Assembly: GCA_031835245.2 (NCBI GenBank)
Contig: JAVKOQ020000059.1
Span: 124,001 to 188,000, forward strand
Source of the DNA: Balamuthia mandrillaris
Taxonomy: Eukaryota
Direction: 5' to 3'
DNA length: 64,000 nt
In this document: piece by piece, positions 52,415 through 64,000 of the stretch
Layout of the letters: every line of letters starts with the position of its first letter
How positions within the stretch are numbered: the first letter of the stretch is position 1
Position numbers and translations under genes: made by a program
The notes under the pieces: generated by a model
Seen by the model: the letters and a program-made list of their open reading frames with translations, nothing else
What the model was told of the DNA's origin: nothing
Database searches by the model: none

Positions 52415-53480
52415 GGAATGTGACTGCATACGTGCTTCAGGGGAGGCAAGTTGCTCAGTAATATCATTTAACACTCCTTCCAGTTCCATCCAAAACTTGA
52501 TTTCTTGCGATGTTTCGCTATTAGGGGGCATGTTCTCAATTCTTTCGTGCTTTGTGACCTTTTGAATGTTGCGAATCCATGTGTTTACTCCGGCCTGCAA
52601 AGCGTTCAAAAAGTCGGTGTCGGCTGCCCGCACTTCCAAGTCTTGCACTTTCAGCGTTCTGCCATGCTCTTTGCACTTTAGAAAAAAATGATTCGGTTAG
52701 ATAAGCCTTTTAGGCAAAACATGAATAGGCAGTGAGTACGAACCGCAGCAGACGCCTGTAAGATCTCAGGATAAAACGCGAGTTTCACTTCCTCGATTTG
52801 TATGTTTTGCTTGCAGTTGTAGAGGGAAAGCTCCAGCTCGGCAATTTTCTTGTCAACGGTGGCCAACCCCTTGGGGTCCTTCTCGCTGGTCTTCTCCGAG
52901 GACTTGGCATAGGAACGGAAGAAGGGGGCCAACGAGTTGTGCACAAAGGAGTGGAGCGTCTCAAAGGGAGTGCCGCTGGCAAACTTGAGGAGCTGCACCT
53001 GGGAAGCCACGCTCTTGCTGCCCCCGAACACGCAGTCCTCTGGCTGGTTTTTGATGACGACCATGCTTGGGCTCTTCTCATCCGTGAAGCTGACCTCCAA
53101 GCCAAACTCTACCGTTGCGCCCTCTTTGGGGGAAGCACCTACTTGCGTGAAAGAAGAAGTAAGAGAGTGAGCGAGAGTGAGAGAGAGAAAGAGAGAGAGA
53201 GAAGAGTAGTGATGAGACGTCAAGTGTTTCATCAACAATCTCGATTTTGTGTGCTATTATTGTTGCAAACAAACAAACCTTGCTCTGACTCTTCCGGTGC
53301 AGTGTATTGGCAGAAAAGCACAGAAGTCCTGCTGTCAGTAGCGAATTGATGAATCTTGGCTTTGGCGTCGGTGCTCTCCAGTGCGTGGGCAAAATCGGTT
53401 GCCGGCACGCCCAAGATCAAGGGACCGGCTTGCGCCAAGTACTCCTCCACGGCACGCCTTGCCGCTGCTTCCTCCTCCAT
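37885..53480 (-). CDS. DYNC1H1: Cytoplasmic dynein 1 heavy chain, multi-exon
   Basis: Four P-loops [24 protein letters not shown] and [45 protein letters not shown]; stalk coiled coil; terminal exon of about 8 kb. Confidence 0.98.
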
Positions 53481-53762
53481 TTGTCGTCTGTTTTTTTTTT
53501 AATGTAGAATAAAACTTGTGTAAAACTTGTTATTTCGGTGGTTACTGCTTGTTTTCGTGGAGGAGCAGCGCCAGCCCCTTTCTTCTCCCCCCTTTTCTTC
53601 GCCTCTCTCTCTCTCTCTCTCTCCTTTTTTTTATTTATTGTTTATGTCAGTACTATCCATATTCGGTTAGGGATGACGTCAATTCTTGATATATGTTGCA
53701 AACAGACCTATAGGTTCGCGTCGTCCTGAAGGACAGAGAGAGAGGAAACGGAAGCTGATCGA

Positions 53763-56700
53763 ATGATGTGGGGCCGGGGCGTTGTGCTGCCCGCCAGGGG
53801 AGGGAAGCTGAACCAAGGGCGTGCTTGTCAGCGCTTGCCGTTGCGCTCTGGCGCTTGCTTTCTCCAGAATCGCAGATACTACTTCGCGAGCTCCTTCCGT
53901 TGTTGCGGTGAGCGAGTGCTTGTCCTACTTTTCTTTCTCTTATCACCCATACTTTCGTTACTCGTCTTTGTTGTGCTTTGCACCCAATCGCTTGTTCTCC
54001 ACTCACTGTGCCACCAATAGAGAAAAGCAAAGAGGGAAAACCAAGGAGGAGCATCCAGGAACAACGGCACACGCGCAATAGCACGTCGGCAGGCTTTCCT
54101 CAAAATGCAACCATTACTACCCCCGCTAGGGAGGCCGGATTGGGCAGAGAACACACACGGCAGCTGCAAGGGCTAGCGAGAGGAGCAGGCCGCCTTCAGG
54201 CAGGCGTACTGAGCAGCACGTTGGAGGAGATGGAAAGGGCGGGGGTAAGAGCGGAGGATCGAACTTACATGGACCTGCTCAAGCGCTGCAAGCAGGAGAG
54301 GAGCCTGCAAGCCACCCAGCGGGTGCATGCTCACCTCCTTTCTCTCTCTTCCACTTCTGGTGGGCGACGGGTGCCTTCCAGCCTTGCTGCTTCCCTGATC
54401 AGTGCCTATGGGGCATGCGGCAAGCTGGACCAGGCTAGTGCAGTGTTTAAGCAGCACTTCAAGGAAGGCGAGCCGTGGACATGGAACGCAATGATGCAAG
54501 CTCGCACACAGTGTGGTCATGGGAAGGAAGCCCTGGAGCTGTTCCAAGAGATGCAGCAGGCTGGCGTGCCAGCAGGTTCCTTGACCTTCTCCATCGTCCT
54601 CAAGGCCTGCGCGATGGCGAAGGACTTGGAGGCGGGCAAGCGTGTGCACGCTGAGCTGCTTCGCCGCGGCTCGTTAAGCGTCTCCGAGTCAACGGCACTG
54701 ATCAACATGTATGGCAAATGTGGAAGGATGGAAGAGGCGCGCGCTGTATTCCAAAACATGAAGGAACGAGACGTGGTAACGTGGACCGCTATGATTACGG
54801 GGGAAACCCAAAGTGGCTGCGGGAAAGAAGCACTGGAGCTATTCAAACAGATGCAGCAGGCTGGCGTGCCAGCAGACCCCTTCACTTTCGCCAGTATCCT
54901 CAAGGCGTGCGCGATGACAAAGGATTTGGAGGTGGGCAAGCGTGTGCATGCTGAGCTGCTCCGCCGTGGCTTGTTAGGCACCTCTGAGTCAACCGCACTG
55001 ATCAACATGTATGGTAAATGTGGAAGGATGGAAGAGGCACGTTCTGTTTTTCGTGGTATGACGGAACGGAACGTGGTAACGTGGACATCCATGATTACAG
55101 AGGAAACCCAAAGCGGTCACGGGAAGGAGGCCCTGGAGCTATTCAAAGAGATGCAGTGGGCTGGCGTGTCAGCAAACTCCTTCACCTTTGCCAGTGTCCT
55201 CAAGGCCTGCGCGATGATAAAGGACTTGGAGGCGGGAAAGCGTGTGCATGCTGAGCTACTCTCTCGTGGCATGTTGAGAATCTCTGAAGCAAATGCCCTG
55301 ATCAACATGTATGGTAAATGTGGGAGGATAGAAGAGGCACGCGCTGTGTTCCATGGGATGAATGAACGAGACGTGGTAACGTGGACCGCTATGATTACGG
55401 AGGAAACACAAAGTGGACATGGGAAGGAAGCTCTGGCGCTATTCCAAGAAATGAAGCAGAAAGGTGTGCCAGTAGACTCTATGACCTTCGCTAGCGTGCT
55501 CAAGGCGTGCGCGATGACAAAGGATTTGGAGGTGGGCAAGCGTGTGCATGCTGAGCTGCTCCGCCGCGGCTCGTTAAGCGTCTCCGAGTCAAATGCCCTG
55601 ATCAGCATGTATGGCAAATGTGGGAGAATAGAGGAGGCACGTTCTGTTTTTCGTGGAATGAAGGAACGGAACGTGGTAACGTGGACATCCATGATTACAG
55701 AGGAAACCCAAAGTGGCTGCGGGAAAGAAGCCCTGGAGCTATTCAAAGAGATGCAGCAGGCTGGCATGCCAGCGGACGCCTTTACCTTTGCTGGTGCCCT
55801 CAAAGCCTGTGCGGATACGGCAGACTTGGCGATAGGCAAGCAAGTGCATTCTGAGCTACTTCACAGAGGTCTAATTCCTGATGTTCTTCTCTCGACGGCC
55901 CTGATCAACATGTATGGTAAATGTGGGAGAATAGAGGAAGCACGCGCTGTGTTCCAGGAGATGAAGGAACAGAACATCGTTTCATGGAATGCAATGATAG
56001 CCGTGCATGGACTACATGGACAAGGCAAAGAAGCACTGGCCACATTTGATGAGATGCAACAACAAGGTGTGCAGCCAGACGCCATCACATTCACCAACGT
56101 GTTGAACGCGTGCAGCCATGCAGGGCTGGTGGAGGAAGGCATGGCCTGCTTTGCTGACATGACAGAAAAGCACAGCATCCAGCCCACAGTGGAACATTAC
56201 AACTGCATGGTAGACCTGCTGGGTCGGGCAGGGAGGGTGGAGGAGGCGGAAACTTTGATCCACGCGATGGAGGTCCCACCTGATGCGGTGACATGGATGG
56301 CTTTGTTAGGGGCATGCCGAGGGACCAAGGATGTGCAGCGAGGCAAAAGAGCAGCAGAGAAAGCAATCGAATTGGATCCAGAGAACGCAGCACCCTTTGT
56401 GGTGCTTTCCAACATCTTGGCAGCCGCAGGGCAATGGAAGGAGGTGGAGAGAGTGCGCAAGCAGATGGAGGAACGCAACGTGAAGAAAGAGCCAGGAAGG
56501 AGCTGGATCACTGTGGATGGGCAGCTTCATAGCTTCGTGGTGAAAGATCGTAGCCACCCACGCAGCCCAGAGATCTACCAACAATTAGCCCAGCTGGACC
56601 AGCTTATGAAGGCCGCCGGCTACAAGCCAGACACGGACTGGGTGCTGCACGATGTGCCGGACGAGCAGAAGGAGGAGGAGCTGTGCCATCACAGCGAGAA

Positions 56701-56902
56701 GCTAGCCATTGCATTCGGCCTGCTGAGCACCCCACCAGGGCAGCCCCTGCGCATCATTAAGAACCTCAGGGTCTGCGGGGACTGCCACACCGCCACCAAG
56801 TTCATTGCCAAAGTTACCCAGCGAGAGATCTTGGTGAGGGACGCCAATCGCTTCCATTACTTTTCGCCAGATGGCAGGTGCTCTTGTGGCGATTACTGGT
56901 GA
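53763..56902 (+). CDS. PLS-class pentatricopeptide repeat protein with E1/E2 and DYW cytidine deaminase domain (exons 53763-53907, 54021-56902)
   Basis: Five 100-aa P-L-S triplets, P2-L2-S2, PG box (EPGRSWI), HSEKLA, CGDCH and terminal CSCGDYW. Exon 1 is Arg-rich and acid-free (MMWGRGVVLPARGG...NRRYYFASSFRC) and splices in phase. Confidence 0.95.
54474..55976 (+). repeat. Five tandem 300-bp coding repeats (PLS triplets) in the PPR gene
   Basis: Near-identical blocks recur at exact 300-bp spacing, e.g. atcaacatgtatgg at 54701, 55001 and 55301, and its variant at 55601. Confidence 0.9.
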
Positions 56903-57135
56903 TGATGATGATGATGATGATGGTGTTTCAAAAAAAAACTTGGGAAGACAACCATCTTCCTCTTCTTCTTCCTCTTCCTCTTCTTCATCATCATCCGCGC
57001 GCATACGCATTTATGTAGACATAACCCTCGCTCGGCTTGCCGGTGGGCCAAATAAACAACAAAGAAACACCACCGTCGGTTGGCGCAGTTGCCAAGAAGG
57101 GGAAAGAGAGAGAGAGAGAGAGAGAGACAAGAAGC

Positions 57136-58068
57136 ATGACGGGTTTGGCCAAGACGGTCAAGAGATCGTGGCCATATATTGCCGCCACCTTGTTATGTAT
57201 AGCAGTGATAGTGTTGATGTGCGTGGCGTGTGCCACGGACTGGTATGAGGCCGACGGTGAGGGGCAGATCAAGGTGCAGCGGAACGAAACCTACCCTAAG
57301 CTGTTTGAATACCTTCCTCTGAGCTGGTCCATCAAAGAAGACCTCTTCTCGTTAACGTTGGAGATCGGCTCTTCATCTGTAACATGCGACTACAAAGACG
57401 GCAAATGCGATGGTACGGAATAACTTTCGTTCCATCTGTCTATCATCTCGTTCGTGAGTTGATACTTATGTGTTGTTCTGCACCTGTGAGCAGCGGCTAG
57501 AGATTTGGTGAGAGCATACTACAATGCAGGTGCGTGGACCACGGACACTTGCCAAACGCCACCATGCTATAACCGCCCATGGGACGTCTCCGAGTACGAG
57601 GGTGCTTACATCGGCATCCTCTTCTTCTCCATCCTGAGCATGCTGCTGGCATTGGCCGTCGCAGTGCTCAGCCAGCTGGTTTACTGGAAGGCCATGGACT
57701 GGGAGCGAACGGCCCGAGGGCTCTCTATCGCCAATGTCGTGATATCAGCCCTGCTCATCGTCTCTCTCTTCATCACTTGGGGCATCCTTTGGCATCACCC
57801 TAAGATGGCGCAAGGCTCCTTGGACTATCATTCCTGCGATGAGGACTTTGAGGATGAGGAGAATGGCAGCTTCTTGTGTAGCTGGATGGGGGATATCAAC
57901 GTGGGCAAGCAGGTCAGCAGGCAGACCGAATGGTCGGGCTTTTACTGGCTGGACTATTCGGAAGAGTGGGGACCTTCCACCGCCTGGACTCTCACCACGG
58001 TGGCTTTGGGCTTGGCTATGGCTTCTCTCACTCTTGTCGTTGGTTGGAAACCAGCTTTCGAATCTTAG
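57136..58068 (+). CDS. Four-TM membrane protein with claudin-like topology, two exons, function unknown
   Basis: TM1 followed by ATDWY, a Cys-containing first loop, TM2/TM3, a second Cys loop, then WGPSTAW and TM4. Intron about 57413-57493. Confidence 0.6.
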
Positions 58069-58080
58069 CTTGGTTTCCCT

Positions 58081-58115
<35 letters not shown>

Positions 58116-58142
58116 AAGGAAGTTGGGGTGATAATAGAAAAA

Positions 58143-59987
<1,845 letters not shown>

Positions 59988-60236
59988 CTCTCTTTCTCTC
60001 TCTTTTTATTTTGTTAAATAAAAAATGGGTATATTTCTTTTCTCTTTTTTATTTCTTTTTCTTATTTATAAATATAGATAGATAGATGGATGGATGGATG
60101 GATGGATGGATGGATGGTTAGATAGATTGATGGCAAAGGAGGAGGGAGGAGGAGGAGGAGGAAAGCATGGCAAGCCCGCTGCAAGCCTCTCTCATCTCCG
60201 TGGTGGATGTATGGAGGGTTCTCTCTGAAAGCTATA

Positions 60237-61392
60237 TCAATACTGGCCACCCTCCAAGCTGGCCGTCCAGTCAAATGGTTCCCAGTGGTTGAGGAAGGCC
60301 AAGGTGCGTGCCTTCTCCATGGCGAGGGTATCCCTCTGCCCTTGTCCCCACTTTTGCGGCGGCAACTCCACCACTCCCGCCACCACATCCTGGACCCATC
60401 CGCACACATTACAAGGTTAGTTCCATAGCTGCAACGAGAGCAAACAAGAGAAGAGACAAGAATGGTAGAGAGCTAGAGAAAGAAAAGTAGATAGAACGAG
60501 AGAGCAGAGAAGAGCGAGACAACAGAAAGGAGGGAAGCAACGTACGCGTCCAAAGTTACGAGGAAACTCCCTGGCATCCTCGATGACGTGAGCGTACCCA
60601 CCGCCCATTCCAAACTCCACGCTAAAGTAGGGAAAGTCTGGGGGTATGCTGCGGCGTAGACCACGTTCCCTTGTGTCCACCACTTTCTTGTTCTGTGACC
60701 ACTCGCCCTCCGCCTCCAGCAGAGCCTTCTTGAAGTAGGCAGGAGCCACCTCCGCGTCCCTGCTGGGTAGAGGTACGCAGTCTACAACGGTGTGCCACCG
60801 TTTCTTGAGGTTTGTTACTGTTTCCATGAAGATAGGCACTTTGTCCTGTGCTGCGAACATCTTCGTCAGGCTTTGTTTGAACCGCTAATATGAGGAATAA
60901 TTTAGTTACTATCCACATGCTAAGAGAAGAGAACGATGAAGAAGAGAGGCTAACCTGAAACTCTTCCCATACATCCTCGTCCACCATGGTACAAGCCAGT
61001 TCGTGCTGCATTGGCACCAACTGGCAATGTCCCTCCACTAAAACGCCTCGCTGAGGTTGGGTGAGATACACTTTGTCACCCAAAGAGATGATGAGATGCC
61101 GTGGAAACTTCTTGTTATCAAAGCAGTAGTTGCAGTTCTCCACCAGCTTTTTATTGGCATTGTAGGCTGTTTCATGGCAAGTGAATTAGTAAATAAAATG
61201 ACATGGATAAATGGATTGTTTTCAAACTGGCAAGTACCTGCGATCGCGCGTTGTTTTTGTGTATCTACAGCACTTCGGCCAGACTTTCCTCGTTTCTGTT
61301 TCCGCTTGCCTTGGGCACCTTCAAATGAGCCAGGTATATCTGCCATATCGTCCTCCTTGTATTGCCCCAAGTAACAAGTTTGTTAAAGCGAG

Positions 61393-61425
<33 letters not shown>

Positions 61426-63049
61426 GACGGAGAAAGAGAAGAGAGAAGAGAGAGAGAGAAGAGAGAGAGCGAGAGAGAGAGAGAGAGCGAAAGACAGAGA
61501 GATTAACCATCAAGTTCTGGTTCTTGGCAACTAGTTTGGCAAAGTCCAAATTGTAACGACTGGAATCCTCGTCTCTCTGTTCATGGAAAAATAAGGAGCT
61601 CATTGATACTTGAATACAATAACTGAACCATGGAAAGAATAAAGTGTACCTCCTCTGCAACCATGTCAAGCAAGTTAGAAGATTGGGCATGGCGCGTTTG
61701 CCCTCTGCTGCCGGCTTGTGTGCGCGGAGCTACGATAGGGCGGCCTCGTTTATCCAACGTGGGCAAAACTATAACTTCTTCCTCCTCCTCATTGCTTCGT
61801 GGTCTTGCAGGGGCCGACCGTGCCTCCTCTAACTTGCTCTTCAGTTCAGCAACTCGTTCATCATCACCCATCATCTCTGCTTTGAGCAATTGTGCCTCCA
61901 GCCGGTTAATGTCTTCTGTGGAAGTAGGTGCTGTGGTTCTAGCGGTGTTTGGGCTTTTTCGTTCCAATTCCTTTCGAATGCTACTTCTGACACTCTCTCT
62001 GTCTCTGTCTCTGTCTCTGTCTCTGTCTCTGTCTCTGTCTCTGTCTCTGTCTCTGTCTCTGTCTCTGTCTCTGTCTCTGTCTCTGTCTCTGTCTCTGTCT
62101 CTGTCTCTGTCTCTGTCTCTGTCTCTGTCTCTGTCTCTGTCTCTGTCTCTGTCTCTGTCTCTCACTCTTTCCCTGCTGTCGTGGCTTCTGCTTCTGTCTC
62201 TGCTCTCCTCTGAGTACAAGGAGCCTGGAGAAGAGGTGGAAGGACCGCTTCGCCATCCTCCTTTGCTGGTGCCTCGCCGCAAAAAGTCCTCCTAATAGTT
62301 AGAGCCAGCGCAATGGAAGGGGTGAGCAAAGAGGCAACTAGAGAAAGGAAGAGAGCTAACGTACGCCAAAACGGTTGCGCAGGGCTTCCTCCACGTTTCT
62401 TCCTTCCTCACGTGCTCGTTCGATGGTACGCTGCACTGCCATCTGTTGCCACTTGCTCCCTCCATCGCCAAGGCCAATCTCTCTAATGGAGGCACTGCGC
62501 CTCTTCTCAGGAGGCAAGCCCCCGGTGGCTGCGTAAGGGTTTAGCTCCTTCGGGTTGATCTGAGAAAGTGGGTGAGAGGAGAAGTGAGCCTTTCTCAAAA
62601 AGAAAACTATGGTGGCAATGAGAATAAATAAATACTTTGGCAGGAGGTTCCTCTTTGGGTGGAGGTTCTTCTTCGACAGGGTGGGTTGGTTTGGTTCTTT
62701 TCCAAGGGCGAAGCATCCATTCTTGTCGCTGAAGTTTCGGCTCTTCTAGTTGTGCGGTAGTCTCAGAGGTGCTCTCCCCGTTCTCTTCGGAGCGTGGCGG
62801 TGTTCGCAACAAGTTCTCTTCGTCTTCTTCTTCTCGTTTTTGTGAATGTGGTGGAGTCTTCACCACCCACTCCTCCTCATCAAAGGCTGTTTCGTCTTCT
62901 TCCTCTCGGCTTCGTTTGTGGCGTTTTTCTTTCTTTTCCTTCTTTCCCTTTTTGCGATGCTTCTTGTCCTTTTTCTTATGCTTATGCTTGTGCTTGTGCT
63001 CTCTCCCACGTTCAGCAAAGGTTTCCTCCTCCTCCTTCTTCTCCTCCAT
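60237..63049 (-). CDS. CWF19L2: CWF19-like protein 2 (CwfJ C-terminal domains; spliceosome-associated)
   Basis: KELNPY, GDGGSKWQQMAVQRTIERAREEGR, CNYCFDN...GHCQLVPMQH, YFKKALLEAEGEWSQNKK, PYFSVEFG...GYAHVIED, WEPFDWT. Confidence 0.92.
61997..62162 (-). repeat. Coding (AGAGAC)n hexamer repeat encoding an Arg-Asp dipeptide tract in CWF19L2
   Basis: Perfect GTCTCT repeats on the plus strand, in frame within an open exon (RDRDRD...). Confidence 0.85.
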
Positions 63050-63219
63050 CTTCCTTCCTTCTGTGCTTTTTATTCTTTTCGCTTTCTTTTTTTGTCGACT
63101 GTGGGGTCTGATCTGATCTGAAGGTGATGTCATCCATAAACAAAAAAGACAATTCGTGTCGACCCGAATATAGGCTTTTTTTTGCCGAAAGAAAGCAGCA
63201 CAAGCTTTTTCTGTTGCAT

Positions 63220-64000
63220 TCAAAAGGGGGAATACTCAAACACCTTCCACGTCCTATCGGCAGCGGCGGATACGATGTACTTGCTGTCGTGGGAAATGTC
63301 CACACCGAAGACCTTGCCTTCATGCCCAGATAGAGTGGCGATGGGCGACCAGTCACGGGCAGACCATACCCTGCAGGTTTTGTCGAATGATGCCGTCACG
63401 AAGAATTGACCATCGTTTGGCTGTTGTGTTTGTTTTGAAAACACAAAAGTTACTCACCTGATTGACAACAAAATAGATGCCAACTGGAGAGAGTGAGCAC
63501 GAACCTGGAATTTGATGTGGGAAACAGTAGAGGAATGAGCAGGTATGATGTAGCTACACTTCTTCTTGCGGAGGTCCCATACGCGGCAGGTGTGGTCCTC
63601 GCTTCCAGTGATGAGCTGGTATCCATTGGGAGAAAAATCGATGCCGAGAGTTTGTTTGGCGTGCCCTCGTAGGACCATCACGGACCGTCCTGTGCGCAAA
63701 TCCCACACTCTTCCAAATGTGTCCATGCCACTATTGCGATTCACAAATCACAATGCGTTCAAGTCAATCCTAATCTCCAGAAACAAAAACACAAGCGCAA
63801 TGTAATTGAACAATAAACAAGACACCACACACAAGGATATGAGATACCTGGTGGCAGCTAAAGAGCCATCGACCTGGAAGGAAATGCCATAGACACCCCG
63901 CGAATGACCAGTTTGAGCAACAAGTTCCTTTTGTGCTTCAACGTCCCACAGCCGCCATGTTTTGTCAAAACTAGTATCATCATAACAAACAGAGAAGGGA
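63220..64000 (-). CDS. PRPF4: U4/U6 snRNP protein Prp4 (WD40), 3' part only
   Basis: [10 protein letters not shown]...[65 protein letters not shown]. Confidence 0.92.

Noticed and set aside
54474..55976. Regularly spaced repeats considered as a CRISPR-like array or mobile element
   Set aside because: They are 300-bp in-frame coding PPR triplets without unique spacers; no cas, transposase or reverse transcriptase ORF was seen in the window.
60237..64000. Adjacent spliceosomal genes PRP4 and CWF19L2 as a functional cluster
   Set aside because: Two neighbours in a gene-dense genome can arise by chance; there is no further evidence of co-regulation.

Overview
Gene-dense eukaryotic nuclear DNA with short GT-AG introns filled by microsatellites. 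A Dictyostelium-type STAT, a PLS-DYW PPR gene, a CRT-like transporter and a U12 intron point to an amoebozoan (Acanthamoeba/Balamuthia-like; inference). I reconstructed 21 protein-coding genes by hand: APC permease, DEP-YHS fusion, PRXL2/SelU-type redoxin, BMS1, STAT, FLVCR-type MFS, MORN protein, cullin-N-terminus-only protein, CASTOR/POLLUX-like channel, CRT-like transporter, SNF5, RCC1-repeat protein, SDR, MDR oxidoreductase, cystathionine gamma-lyase, cytoplasmic dynein heavy chain, PPR-DYW, a claudin-like protein, mitochondrial ProRS, CWF19L2 and PRP4. The main finding is hidden from the ORF track: a selenoprotein gene (minus strand, 4412-5548) with an in-frame UGA at the catalytic Cys position (RRFG-U-PLT), a signal peptide, and a well-paired type II SECIS hairpin in its 3' UTR. 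Other notable items are an AT-AC minor intron in BMS1, the DEP-YHS fusion, a mitochondrial-type C-to-U editing factor with a readable PPR code, a plant symbiosis-type cation channel homolog, and a recurrent upstream palindrome TGTCGACA. Exon boundaries were read by eye and no database searches were run.
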